A stretch of 64,000 nt of DNA from Octopus sinensis (taxonomy: Eukaryota), in the NCBI RefSeq assembly GCF_006345805.1, contig NC_043000.1, positions 122,636,001-122,700,000 on the forward strand, read 5' to 3'. Below, in pieces: positions 50,731 to 64,000 of the stretch. A program made the translations under genes and the position numbers. Numbering within the stretch: position 1 is the first letter of the stretch; every line of letters begins with the position of its first letter. Under the pieces are notes generated by a model. The model was given only the letters and a program-made list of their open reading frames with translations, searched no databases and was not told where the DNA came from.

Positions 50731-51029
50731 TATAATATAATATAAATAATCAGAAAATGGAGACAACTTTTGATCAACAAACAAATTGAACTGCATCAGT
50801 TGATTATTATTTAATATAAACAATGTAGTTCAATTTGTTTGTTTGCTGATAAAAAAATTTTTTTGTCCATTTTCTGATTGTTTAAATTTGATTCCTGATA
50901 AACTTTTGTTTATTCTGTTGTTACCTGTAACCTATGAGCATATTGTACCTGTATTCCCATGCCCAGGGATAGCACAGGTAATTGATACCGATAGCAAATA
51001 CTTATTGATACCGATAGTAAATACTTATA

Positions 51030-51409
51030 TTCTTTTAGTCTTTTACTTGTTTTAGTCATTTGACTTCGGCCATGTTGAAACACCGACTTCAGTAGAGGAA
51101 ATCGAACCCAGTACTTATTCTTTGTAAGCCTAGTACTTATTCTTATGCCGAACTGCTAAGTTACGGGGACATAAACACACCAGCATCGGTTGTCAAGCGA
51201 CCTTGGGGGGACAAACGCAGACACACAAACACATACACATATATATGTATACACATATATACGACGAGCTTCTTTCAGTTTCCGTCTACGAAATCCACTC
51301 ACAAGGCTTTGGTCGGACCGGGGACATATTAGAAGACATTTGCCAAAGGTGCCATGCAATGGGACTGAACCCGGAACAATGTGGTTGGTAAGCAAAATAC
51401 TTACCTGCG

Positions 51410-51411
<2 letters not shown>
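51030..51411 (-). mobile_element. SINE family A
   Basis: Tail to head; shares private changes with the copy at 50213. Confidence 0.9.
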
Positions 51412-51489
<78 letters not shown>

Positions 51490-51551
51490 CATACATACAT
51501 ATATATATAATATATATACATGTATATATAAACATATATATATATGTATAC

Positions 51552-51584
<33 letters not shown>

Positions 51585-52102
51585 ATATATATATACACAC
51601 ACATTTATATACCTATATATATATATATGTATGTATGTGTATGAGGATGCAAATATTTAATATATATTTAGTATCGAAAAATTGTATGTGGAGGATTAGG
51701 GATGATTCAATGTTACAGTATTTTGTTTTACGTTATAAAAGTATAACTACATGAAGGAAAAAAACAGATGTTAGATTCATGGAAACGGCTCGTTTCTACC
51801 AAGAACATATGCATACACACACTTATATGTGTGTGCATATATATATATATACATACATATATATATATATATATATATGTGTGTACATATATACATATAT
51901 GTATAAGGATGCCGCCTACTCACGTGATTTTATCGATTCGTGTAGAAACTCAGTAGACACACAGGCTAAAGCATTTACGCATGCACACACACACACAAGC
52001 GTGACTGTGTGCGTATGAATGTATGTTTGCATAAATATCAATAGATATATATATATATATATATTTATTCTCATATATATATGGATTTGTATCTATGGCA
52101 CA

Positions 52103-52148
<46 letters not shown>

Positions 52149-52950
52149 ATATATATATATTCTTGTAACTGTATATGAATCCTTATTCTACGTATGCAAA
52201 AGTGCGTATTGACATATATATACGCGCGCACACCACATACACGCACATGTATATGTGTATATATATAAATATATATATATACACATGCATACACACACCA
52301 CATACAGACATATATATATATATATACACACATATATATATGTATGTATGCAAACTCGCATTATTCACAAAGCGCACGACTATATTATATTTATACGTGT
52401 ATCAATATATGAATCTATTTATCCATCTATTTATCTCCATATTCTATTTGTTTACTCTATCAAAGGATCAAATGCAAACATGCCATCTAAGTGCAAACAC
52501 ACACGCACACACATACACATGCACAAATATATATATATGTTGTCAGTTATGGGTCCTGAATTAGATTTCGTGTTGACACTAGAGTCGAGTGTCACCTACA
52601 GAGCTCACATTCCATAGTATCTTGTTATATAGTATCTTGTATTTTTTCCCATATATATATATATATATATTATTTTTTCTTTTATACTAGTCCTGTTTGC
52701 AATCTATTTGGTAAAAATATTTTATTGATAGAAGTAATAAAATATTAAAGCTAGGATGTAACGTAGCAGCTCGGTTCAACTCTACTGTTTCGGTTGTAAT
52801 ATTTCATGGAGATCTCGGTTTATGTGTTCACAAATCTGTGATGATGATACAGTTTTTGAAGTAAGTAAATATGATGAAATTGGTAGAACGGTGTAAGTAA
52901 TGGTGTTTATTTATGTATGAATGTATGTATTTGTCCTTGTACGCGTATAT

Positions 52951-53009
<59 letters not shown>

Positions 53010-53405
53010 TTGTGTGTGGTGTGTGTGTGTGTGTATGTGTGGTGCTGTGTATGTTACTGCTTATCTGCTGGTGTTTGTGCTGTTATTTGTTTTTAGCGAC
53101 GTTTCAAATTAATATTACTCTACAAATACGTTAGAAAAAGGACTGCAATGTGTATAGAGATTGGAGTTGGATGTATATCTATATATACATATATATATTT
53201 TTTTTTTCCTCTGAATGTTTGGAAATATATGCATACATACATATTACATATATATACGTATATATACCCATATATCAAATCTATATATTTGATATATATA
53301 TGCACGTATAGGCATATAAATATATATCCATGTATATATATATATGTGTATATATATATATATATATTATATATGTGTGGTGTATGTATGTATGTATGTA
53401 TATAT

Positions 53406-53450
<45 letters not shown>

Positions 53451-53680
53451 GTGTATTGATATAGAGTAATGCTTTTTATGTTAAAATCTATATACGTGCC
53501 TATATACATTCGTGTTAGATGTATTTCGAAAACGTTGCATTTATATGCATTTATGCCACCACTATACACAAACACCCACCCACATACACACACGCACAGA
53601 CACTCACACATGAACACGCACACACACACACACACACACCACAACACACATATATATATATATATGTGTATATATATATG

Positions 53681-53711
<31 letters not shown>

Positions 53712-53879
53712 GTATATATATATACATATATATATGTGGTATAATATAATATATATATATATATAATATATATATATCATATATGCATATATATTTACGC
53801 GTGCGAGTGGTAGGCTGTCTCTGTATATACAGACAGTTTACCGTTACTTTAATTTTCCCTTCGGTAATGTGTTCGTCGT

Positions 53880-54260
53880 ATATATCATTAACGAAAAATC
53901 TTTCCCAATACTAAAGGCATTATGTTTGATGGTCATTATTGTGAGAATATCTGTCATAAATTCACTTGAACCTTATTGTGTATGTCCAGAGCATCAATCA
54001 GTTCCTATTTTCGTAACTAAAGTTTGGTAGGTAGAATTTATTTTCATGCCAGTACTTTGCTATGGTCTCTGATCTTTTGTTAACATATCGTTTTGCATGA
54101 AAGTTATCTGCACCGTATTGATTTACCCGACTTTTGTGAACCTTACCGTATTTTATGGTTGAATAATTTCGTTGGTATTTTCAGTATATAGGTCTTTCAA
54201 GTGTAATATGCATCAGGATGATGGAAGTAGCTTTATCTTTTTAACTCTTGCCAATATAAG
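53880..54260 (-). pseudogene. Possible fossil Penelope-like RT fragment
   Basis: DKATSIIL ... YGKVHK ... TIKHNAFSIGKDF resembles the DK..A.VI / PKIHK / L..N.F.F..... order of PLE RT; weak. Confidence 0.35.
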
Positions 54261-54519
54261 ATGCTATTGTTTCCTATTTACACCCATGAGATGCTACATT
54301 CGCTTCATTGATATTGTGTTTGTTAAGTATTTCCATTAAAAGACAGGTCTCTTTCGACTTGAATCTACAATCGTTCGAACTTACTTTTAGTAAAAAACTC
54401 GCTTTTATGCTGCTGACATATTCAGGCAGCTGTAACTAACCTTAGCTTTATTTTTGTTAAACAATTCATAGTATGTATGATAGACTGAGAAGTGGTCTCT
54501 TTTATTTGTGAGTTTATGT

Positions 54520-55110
54520 AGGTCTGTGGAGGCTTACTGTTTACGGTACGCGGCTCAAGATCGTAAATGTATGAGTTCAATAACCGGTGGCACGTTTTGT
54601 CTCTGAACAAAACACTTGGTTTCAGGTTGCTTGAGTTCATTCCGCTGGCAAAAGTGAGAAGCACCTGTATTTCAAAGGCCAGCTTTGTCCCATTCTCTGC
54701 CCCGCTGAATCTCCCAGAGTACTACGTTAAGGGTACGCGTGAAAGGCGGCGAGCTAGCAGAAACGTTAGCACGCCGGGCGAAATGCGTATCCGTATTTTG
54801 TCTGTCGTTACGTTGTGAGTTCCAATTCCGCCGAGGTCGACTTTGCCCTTCATCCTTTCGGGGTCGATAAATTAAATACCAGTTACGCACTGGGGTCGAT
54901 GAAATCGACTTAATACCTATGTATGTCCTTGTCTGTCCCCTCTATGTTTAGCCCCTTGTGGGTAATAAAGAAATAGGTACGCGTCACAATGGAGTACTCA
55001 GCCACTTGCGTGACAATGGAGATTATAAAAACACAGGCTAGATACAATTTCCCGAACAGGTTATTTCCATGATCGGATCAGCTGGAACACTTGTCGTTAT
55101 AACCGACTGG
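54520..55110 (+). mobile_element. Old SINE family C interrupted by a SINE B insertion
   Basis: Family-C body GTATTTCAAAGGCCAGC...CTACGTTAAGGGTACGCGT resumes after 54976 (GGAGTACTCAGCCACTTG...TCAGCTGGAACACTTGTCGTTATAACCG). Confidence 0.75.
54745..54976 (+). mobile_element. SINE family B with a 9-bp TSD
   Basis: GGTACGCGT at 54732-54740 and 54976-54984. Confidence 0.93.
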
Positions 55111-55169
55111 GTACCAGTTATTTAGGTGTAAGAAATATCTTGGCATATTTTGTCTTATCATACATTTTA

Positions 55170-55460
55170 GCCGAAGACAGGTTTATATTACAGGTTGTTG
55201 CCTTCTCTGTATGTTGCGTCTATTTTGGGCAAGAAGCTGAATTTTCTTTAAACTCATATTTCCATCGTGTAATAATGTAATAACTGGTAGTTATATTGAA
55301 TGTTCCATTATCCGACGATATATTGGATATCCTTCTATTTATATTACGAACCACAGTTTTTATAATATCGAGGGACGTGTGATAATTGGAGTTTTATAGT
55401 TGATGTCATTCAGCGTATTGTATGTTTGGTATATGTTATTGTCTAAGCTTAGTGTTTTCC
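55170..55460 (-). pseudogene. Fossil Penelope-like RT C-terminal segment
   Basis: 55392-55238 reads NSNYHTSLDIIKTVVRNINRRISNISSDNGTFN..., resembling the SNHP..I.K.....I..R.S..SS....FN pattern of PLE RT. Confidence 0.5.
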
Positions 55461-55562
55461 CAAGAAAATTAACTATGCTAATGGTGTTGATGCCTATTAT
55501 AGTAATGCTAAAATAGTAATACATGGTGGTACTAAAATATTTTCGAGTGTGTGTGTGTGTGT

Positions 55563-55860
55563 AGAAGTGACTGTGTGGTAGGAAGCCTGCTTCCTAACCA
55601 CATGGTACTGAATTTACTCCCACTGCATGACACCTTAGGCAAGTGTCTTCTACTACAGCCTCGGACCGACGAAAGCCATGTAAGATGGCTTTGGCAGACG
55701 GAAAACTGAAAGAAACACGTCTTATAAATATATGTGCGTGTGTGTGTGAGAGTGTGTGTGTGTGTATTTGTCCCCCTCCAACGCTTGACAACCATTGTTC
55801 GCGTGTTTACGTCTTCGTAACTTAGCGGTTCGGCAAAAAATACCAATAGAGTAAGAAGCA
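55563..55860 (+). mobile_element. SINE family A, diverged, 3'-truncated
   Basis: GTGACTGTGTGGTAGGAAGCCTGCTTCCTAACCACATGG ... TAACTTAGCGGTTCGGC. Confidence 0.85.
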
Positions 55861-56329
55861 CTTTCCAGTATGTGTTTTGATCTATTTGTCTTGGCGTAAC
55901 AGATCACTTTTGTTTCCTCTTTTATTTCCTTTCTTCAAAACTGTACAGTATGATTTCAGTTTGATTACCGGTCTCCCTTTCTCTGTTGTCTATAAATTAA
56001 GTCACAAACAATTGCAACAAGAAAAGTAATAATATTACAATTATTTAACACTATTATCTTAAAGAGAAAAACTTCCTGGTACATGACATAAATCCTGTAA
56101 TCACAAACAAGAAAGACACAACGATTTTAATGTCTTGCATTTCTAATAGGATTACGTCTCAGAATAAATCCTTTAAATAAAAATAAAAGTACGTACAACC
56201 TTCTTAAAGTGAAACCTCCTCCGAAGATTGCTATTCTATTCCTCGCCAGATTTTATATCTTATTTTCCAGGCACCATTAAATAGTTTAATATTCTTAGTT
56301 ATTCGTGTTTTTTCACAAGCGTAATTTTT

Positions 56330-56750
56330 TTAAAAAATACGTAATAACAGGGCGTTAAGAATGAAGTGTCCGATTTTTAACTGAAAGTTTATTTTACTTT
56401 ATCTCAACAAAAAGCAATGCATTTGATCAAAGTATGCACCTAAATTATCAACACAATTTTGCTATTTTATCGGTAGGTAATTTATACCGGCAGCGAAGAA
56501 TTCTGGAGAGTAAGAGGTGATGAAATCACGAAAGATATTTTTGCATCTTCTACAGATTTTAAGTTTTTTTTCTTACAAAAAGTCGTCTAATGCCTGGAAA
56601 ATGTGACAGTCAGTTGGTGCAAGGTCTGGTGAATATGCTGAATGACAGAGTACCTCCAAGTTCAGTTCCTGTAATTTTACTATCGTTCTTTGTGCAACGT
56701 ATGGTCAAGCATTGTCTTGCAAAAGAATTGACCTGTCTTTATTGACCAAT
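56330..56750 (-). mobile_element. Decayed mariner, 3' part
   Basis: LLQDNA*PY...AYSPDLAPTDCH with D34D spacing (QDN near 56716, YSPDLAP at 56635-56615). Confidence 0.8.
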
Positions 56751-57326
56751 ATCGGTTATATCACACAGCCACTACTACGCCTATATAGAGAGAGAGATAC
56801 GTACATATACATATATAGATATAGTGTAACAATATGTAAATATATATATATATATATATATATGTAAATTATTTTATCATTACATACATAATTATAACAA
56901 GGGTTGAACTTAATGCCTCACTACGCACTGCTAGAAATGGACGTTAAAGTCCTTTTACTTCCTTAAAATCTCCCAGAATAACACAATTATTGTAGGCAAG
57001 TAAAAGAAAAATAATCAATCAAACTTGGTTGGTTAACCCTGGGCGCGTTTCGAACTAAAAGTAAAAATAATTTTACTCACTGTTACTCTTCAGCACAGTA
57101 CTCCTTATGAGCAACAGTTCGCGATTGTTTTATAAAATATGCACATGATCATGCGACATCATTGTCCGATATCCATCCACACCTGTAAAAATATACTGCC
57201 GCGTTTAATTCATATCTCACTTTTATACCCACTTGTGTGTTAAGATCTAAGACCGCAGTAAATGCAGTCTAATGATTTTACTCTCTATTATTATTAAAAT
57301 AATATTTGTACATATATATATATATA

Positions 57327-57525
57327 CTTTATTTAAAAGCAGCATAAATTCAACAAAACCTGTTACTCGGAGTTTTTTCAAAACTGTCCGACGAACGGGA
57401 ACGTGAAACTCCGAGTAACGGGTTTTGTTGAATTTCTGCTGCTTTTAAATAAAGCATATTACTCTACCCCTGGTATTTGAGTACTCTTTTTTCCACCTTG
57501 TTTCACATTTATGTGTTTACTCCGG
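57327..57525 (+). mobile_element. PLE-like pseudo-LTR with a 49-bp inverted duplication
   Basis: 57327-57375 is the reverse complement of 57406-57454 (47/49 identical); flanked by (TA)n. Confidence 0.7.
57379..57427 (+). ncRNA. Minimal type I hammerhead ribozyme (U4C variant)
   Basis: CAAAACTGT-CCGACGA-ACG[GGAA]CGT-GAAA-CTC[C]GAG-TA/ACGGGTTTTG: GNRA-capped stem II, ACTC/GAGT stem III, GTA triplet at 57415-57417. Confidence 0.65.
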
Positions 57526-57534
57526 TATATATAT

Positions 57535-57557
57535 ATACAGAGAGAGAGAGAGAGAGG

Positions 57558-57595
<38 letters not shown>

Positions 57596-57635
57596 TAGAC
57601 AGACAGACAGGCAGGCAGACAGACAGACAGACAGG

Positions 57636-57709
<74 letters not shown>

Positions 57710-57845
57710 TACACATACATTCATAGATACATACATACATGCATATATTAATACATACATGCATGCATGCATATATACATACATACATGCATACATACAT
57801 ACATACATACATACATACATACATACATACATACATACATACACG
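57535..57845. repeat. Compound (GA)/(GACA)/(GATA)/(CATA) microsatellite
   Basis: Direct inspection. Confidence 0.95.
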
Positions 57846-58391
57846 TACAGAGCAAATATACACTTATATAGACGCGGTTGTATCTGTAAATGTATTTGTA
57901 ACACTGCATCCTAACTCAGAAATACACGCAAAATATTCTTTCATAATAAACTGGAACGAATATTTCCCAAACAATACATTGCATTATAGAATGGCAACCT
58001 CTGCTTGAACAGGAACAACAACATTTGAAGGAAAGACGAACACATCGAAGCAGTATAAATCACCCAAGGAATGCGAAAACAAACTGTATTTGTATTTTCT
58101 ATGATAACCTATTGATTGGTGCGCATGTGTGAATCCAGTGCCATCAATAATTCGATAGAAATCTGAGAAGAATGGGTTCTGCATGTCGTCTAGAATACCA
58201 AACTAAAACTTGATGTGAACAAGAAATAACAAAAATAAAAGTGAAAATAAGCTTTATTCTAAAGTGTGCAAACCGGATTAACGAAAGTGGATGGTGGGGG
58301 TGCGAAATTGAGAGATGTTCCTTTACTGAAGATATTTTTTATTTTACTGTAGTTTTGACATCATTTCTAGTAGCATTAAAGGAGATTGATT

Positions 58392-58428
<37 letters not shown>

Positions 58429-58559
58429 TGAGAGAGATTGATACATGCATACATGCATATAAACATACTACGTATAAATACACGTATGTATATACACACA
58501 TAAAATCATGAAGGCATACATACATGCATACATACATGTAAACAACATCATGCAGGCAA

Positions 58560-59545
58560 ATATAAACATCACCAGAAATTTCTACATCAACAGGTCTCTT
58601 CTATCTAAAACGAGTTTTGGAATTGTGAATCATGTCACCCTTCGGCGACATCCACAATCTAGCAAATGTCAGGGTATAGATACCAAATATAGATACAGGG
58701 GGAAATTTCATCATGAGAATTAGAGAAGTGCTTCTCAGAACGTATTCTTTGGCTAATGACCAAGTATACATAGCCAAGAGATTCAAAGTTCTACTGTTCT
58801 ACCGCAACAAATGATCAGATGTAAAGCTTTCTGGAGATCAACAGCAGCTCGTTCTCAGAAAGTTTCTGGATGACAGTATAATAAATTTACAAAGTCGTCT
58901 GTCTTAATTATTACCTTGTGTTCTTACAGCTCTCACTGTAAGGAGCAATCTTTTATAATCTAGGATCAGGAAGTGACAAGAGGAGTAGAAACGAACGTAA
59001 AATACTTAGATGTAACAACTAAAACAGAGCGCATGGAATTATTCACGAAATTGTAACCCAGCTATGCAAAAATGTCATCCCGATACTGTCTGCCGGTGTA
59101 CTATGATAACGTGATCATAGGGTTTAGCTGTGCAATTCAAAGAAATGATAGGCTTTATGTAGCGAGCTTACTCTTAGAAAATATGAATAAATAGGGGAAA
59201 AACATTTTGTCAAAACTCCTATGAAACATAGATATAGCTGACCAGGTATAACGATATGGGAAATAGATAGGAAAACAGTTGCTCAGTAGATGTTAATATA
59301 ATGCTAATCAAAGAAAAAGCTTCCATATCATACTTGCAACGATCAGAAAATATTATACCCAAATTACAGCTACAGATTTACACCTGGAATTATGGTGCCT
59401 TCGATGTGTATCTAACTTCTTCAGCGTAGTCTTCAAAGGATGGTCTTCACCAAACCAGAAAAGCGGAATGATAATTTTGAAAATACAATTCCAAGCTACT
59501 AATAGGGTTGTGAAAATATGCAAAATGTTACAGAAATTTAGCTAG
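58560..59545 (+). pseudogene. Fossil C-terminal part of an RLE-type LINE ORF
   Basis: DQEVTR ... AKMSSRYCLPV ... PGITIWE ... FTKPEKR/IQFQATNRVVKICKMLQKFS*; many stops. Confidence 0.5.
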
Positions 59546-59639
59546 TAAAATCTCCAATGACGTGTAGACCTACAAACATGTTTAAGTATAGAGAAACACA
59601 AGTCAAAACATCCTTTTAGGTGAACACTAAATAGGTTGA

Positions 59640-60700
59640 GCAACATGATAAAGTTTGGTAGGATACAGACGTTATAATGGAGAAGCTAATAGATAAGTAC
59701 CTCAAGAGAATTAAAACACTGTGGCCACCGCAATCCCTCAGCCTTCAACAAGCATATCACTCGCAACACTTTTTCAGTGCTTATCTGGATACATACTTGT
59801 GGTATCCTGAATTAATGACGAGGAGTATTTTGCTAAGAGAACTGCAAAAACAGTGAAATTTCCTATGTTATATTCCCCCACACTGTGAAGGAGGCCGTGA
59901 AATTAATCTGTACGAACACCATGCGAGAATCGGATTTTTAAAAATGAAACAATACCTTCAGGAAAAGAAATAACAATCAACAACTTCCTTGCTCAAGTTT
60001 GCAACAACAAAAACGAGAAGTTCATTACACTGACAAATGGACTTGAGAAGAGAAGATAAATAGTAGCCAATACACATCTCTACCCAAAGAACATTGTAAA
60101 ATCGTATCTAACACTGCAACAAAATAGACAAGGTCACTGAGAAGGTTATACACAGATAGGTGATACTAAAAACATACGCCAGAGAGTAAATAAAGCACAT
60201 TAAATGTCTGACACTAAGTACCGACAGGTTACTTCTATTCTATCGAGAACAAAGAAATCTCTATAAAATGTCTTCTACCAAAAAGGAAAGATCGCATCAG
60301 CAAACATCAAATGTAGAAGATGTAAAACAAAATCCAGTGACATTAGCTTCTTTATTTCTAACTGCGAGAGAATGTTCTGTAGATATGCCTTCTGGTGAAG
60401 TATAATGTGGTAGCTAGAATAGTTTAAAATAGAGTTAAGACAAAAAATATGACAGCGAATAGGGATGAATATATTGAGACGGATGGATTATAAGATCGCT
60501 GGTGGAACGAGAAAATACACGCAGTGGCTAAATCAAATTCCAACTAATTTGTAATTGTATGGAACCACACCATAAAAATTATGTTCTCTTGTGATGATCA
60601 ACTACCCGCTTGATATCCATATGGTGAAATATGTAAAAACAAACTTGTATATTATCATGAGCGGATGGAATATGCGTGGGGATCTCTACACATATTCCAT
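59640..60700 (+). pseudogene. Second fossil RLE-type LINE segment (post-RT to zinc knuckle)
   Basis: SAFNKHITRNTF ... NIKCRRCKTKSSDISFFISNCERMFCRY (degenerate CCHC) ... WWN. Confidence 0.5.
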
Positions 60701-61749
60701 CCACACCTGATAATACACAAGTACCCACGCATGCGTACACATCTACCAGATTCTACAGACGCACAACACATACGCGCATGCGCTCTAATACTCACTCGCA
60801 TAATCTCAGATTTAAGCTACCATTACTCTCTCTCACTTCACTAGCTGTCCCTAGATTTTAAAATTGAATTACTACTCCCAACACGACAGGCTAAACTAAA
60901 TCCACCATTTTTTACCGAAAACACATTATCTTCCACCCACCCACCCCTTCTTTATCTCCCCTGCCCTATCCATTTCAAATACCACTTCTATATCTTCAAC
61001 CTTTCTCTCTGTTTAAATGGCTTTATAGAATGCTACAATATGTTTACTTAATTATCCCACAACAGACCCATGAATGGCCCCAGCATAAATTCATAAAGGC
61101 ATCTCCACAGCCACCCTACATTATACATATTCTTCTCCGTAACAAACTTACCTGCTCCCATATATTTTTTTCTTTTATTTTTACTTCTTCACGATTATGC
61201 TTTCCTCTCGAATCCCCAACGTATTAACTGGGGATCTACTAACGACAACGTTGACTTCATACCATCAATATATCCTTGGCCTGAAGAGAACCTTGCGCTC
61301 CACCCTTCGTTTGGATAATTTACTATTTCCTAGGTTTCACTTGCTATGAAAAATATTTAGCCTGGGTCTTATCAAGTCCAGTCCCAAATTTTTCAATCTT
61401 TATATATATACATGTGTGTATATATCCATTCTTTCACGTAATGAACATAAAACTGGTAAAAAAAAAAACAAGGGAATATTGTAGCGGTAACCGAGGACTC
61501 AGATAAAAGTTTTAAATAATTAATAATGTGGATATTAATTATCACTATATACGCGAGACTAAAGAGGCAAGTAACCGAGTCCATCTATTACAAGTCGCGG
61601 GTTTAAAACAAAAATTGCGGTCGACTTTTAGCAGTTTTATTGAAATACCAAGAAACATTCTCCGATCAGTTACACGAAGCAAGTGGAGAGATACTGGGGT
61701 TTAAAATAATCCAGCTCCTCACGTTTCCCGTAAAAGCAGCTTCGTCGGT

Positions 61750-63720
61750 AAATAATTTTCATTGCAAAGGGATATACTAATTCTATCTTGCAAAATCAAC
61801 CATCACTCAACGCACATTAATAACAGTATCAGCAGCCTAGTAACTTCTGCCCTCGGGAAAATTCCTCATAGCACGAACCACGAAATAAGCAATAATGCTA
61901 ATTCAGAAAAAGAAAATTCTTCCATGACGCAAATACACCTACAAAGAAAAAGAAATGGCTGAAAGATACAGACGTTCAAAGAAATCTCGTCGCAAGATTT
62001 TAAATAAATTTCCGTAATTGCGTCGCAAATCACTAAACAAAAGAACATTTTATGACAAGGATCGATATAAAATCTATTGACTTGACGTTGTCTGTGATCA
62101 ATTATGTTTCCAAAGAATACAGAGTAAAAACTGAACATGCAATTTTCTGGACATTGATTGACCTACTGTATTGTGTTGTAATTGCCGTACGCCATCAGAT
62201 AGATGTAACAGAAGTCGATCGAATTGATACCATAGAGTCAAATGGAATTACCTCTCTCCAAATACATTAACAGACTACGGTAAAGCAACGGACAATTAAA
62301 TACTATCATTCGATGAATATTGAATAATTATACAGATTCTTGAAAATAGATAGGATCTGCCAACGATGAGCACTCGCCTGTAAAGTAATTGGCTATAAAA
62401 CACTAACTATGAGCGAACAATCAAAAGGTTTATTGCTGTAAGAAATAACAAGACTAGAATTCTCAACTGAAAATTTGCATTTAATCCACAAGGTCTTTAT
62501 CATAATGTGAAAGGCTGCGTCACCAAAATTATGAATACTCCGCCCCAAAATGAACTTGAATCATTCCGAGAGGAAGGTGAAATGTAAACAAACAGCAAAG
62601 CTTCGATGCAGAATAGTTTTTAAAAGCTTCGGAGAAATTACTGTGCAAAAAGTTTCTCTAAAACGAATGACATCACCAGTGAAACTCACCTGACAGGTGA
62701 GGCACAACTACTGCATTGAAAATAATGTTGGAAACACTGCACAGTATATTATTGATAACGGAAGCTCACATCTCATATCTAAACTCTCGTTAACCTATTC
62801 AAAATAATTATGAATGCTGAACTTAATATGCCATACTCTTTGACATTTGCAGAGAAAAATTTTGGCCTAAGGACAAAGAGCTAAGTGTAACAAAATGCTT
62901 CAGGCCAAAAGCATATTTAAATGTTATGAATAAATAGCACTCAAATTGCAAAACTCAATTTTTCCAAGGACGCAGCACAGCTAACGATGTGGGAACTATT
63001 AAAGAGGCAAGAGGAAAGAAAGAAAGACCGGGTTAAGTGGAACAGTTCCTCGTTAACACAGCTGTCCTCAAAGCAGTGAATCAATGTCGCTGAAATGTAT
63101 TAACTGTATAGCTAATATATAAGACGGTTAGCTTTGCCCCTCACTCAATGATAGACTTACTACAATGATCATTTTACCAAAGTTCACCTGCTATAGTCAA
63201 TGCCACTATATGTCTGACAACTGCATAGTGAGCAGAGATATTACTAAATCAATTATAATAGTCTCGAACAGTATTAATCTAACTGTGGAATATTCTTGAG
63301 TGATATCGTAAATTTAATCATGGTTGTCATAAAAGTGAACACATTTTTAGTTCTGCTGAAGAAATGTCAAATCGACAAGTTAGATTCTGAAGAAGAGAGA
63401 AAAATTTATGTCTTAGCCACCATTATGTCTATGAACTTCAAATAATACTCACGATACTAAGAAACAGTGCAAACTGGTAGGAAGAATGTAACCAGGCCAT
63501 AACAATGGAGTTTGTTCAGGATAAATGTTAATGTTTCATAGTCCATCGTCTAAAGATTGTTTACCAGACGACAAATATGGATATCACTTGCCTGTCTATC
63601 TCCTCTAACTACATGCACCTAGGAACTGAGAATATTGCATACGATGGTGCTGCGGGTTAGATTGACAAAAACTACGTCAGCAGATTTGGAAGGTATGGCA
63701 AGCAAAGTTCTCTGCATTTA
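61750..63720 (+). pseudogene. Third fossil RLE-type LINE segment (pre-RT and RT)
   Basis: FAFNPQGLYHNVKG ... EQFLVNTAVLKAV...NVLTV*LIYK....PHS ... YMHLGTENIAYDG, resembling the EQL.I.KA.L....NL...WLDY.KAFDSVPHSW and Y.YLG.DE order. Confidence 0.5.
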
Positions 63721-63772
63721 ATATAGCCGTGTTGCACAATGCTTTTGTAGCAGCAGTATTAAGGCTGACTAT

Positions 63773-64000
63773 GGGGGCGAGCTGGCAGAAGCGTTAGCAC
63801 GCCGGGCGAAATGCTAAGCGGTATTTCCTCTGCCGTTACGTTCTGAGTTCAAATTCAGCCTAGGTCGACTTTGCCTTTCATCCTTTCGGGGTCGATAAAT
63901 TAAGTACCAGTTACGCACTGGGGTTGATATAATCGACTTAACCCGTCTGTCTGTCCCTGTTTGTCTCCTCTGTGTTTGGCCTCTTGTGGGTAGTAAAGAA
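63773..64000 (+). mobile_element. SINE family B, cut by the window end
   Basis: GGCGAGCTGGCAGAAGCGTTAGC ... GTGGGTAGTAAAGAA. Confidence 0.92.

Overview
AT-rich, microsatellite-dense animal DNA with no recognisable host protein-coding gene, rRNA, tRNA gene or CRISPR array, so it is intergenic or deep intronic. There is one 100-N assembly gap. The repeat families look like those of Octopus/coleoid cephalopods (inference from recognition, not a database search). Contents: (i) three tRNA-headed SINE families (called A, B, C here), about 25 copies, often nested, multimeric or inverted; (ii) a full-length (~6.2 kb) but frameshifted Tx1/L1-group LINE plus a 5'-truncated copy, with all four ends abutting (GATA)n; (iii) a CR1-like RT fragment, several fossil restriction-like-endonuclease (R4/Dong-like) LINEs, Penelope-like (PLE) remnants and two decayed D34D mariners; (iv) three non-autonomous Helitrons with one shared 3' end. 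The most notable signal is a ~394-bp tandem repeat at 1525-3222. Every unit carries a type I hammerhead ribozyme with all conserved core nucleotides on the minus strand (CTGAAGA...GAAA, palindromic stem III, GTC cleavage triplet), making it a candidate non-LTR retrozyme/circRNA element. Further hammerhead motifs lie in PLE-like ends at ~25.5, ~35.1 and ~57.4 kb. All alignments and folds were done by eye, so boundaries of decayed elements are approximate.
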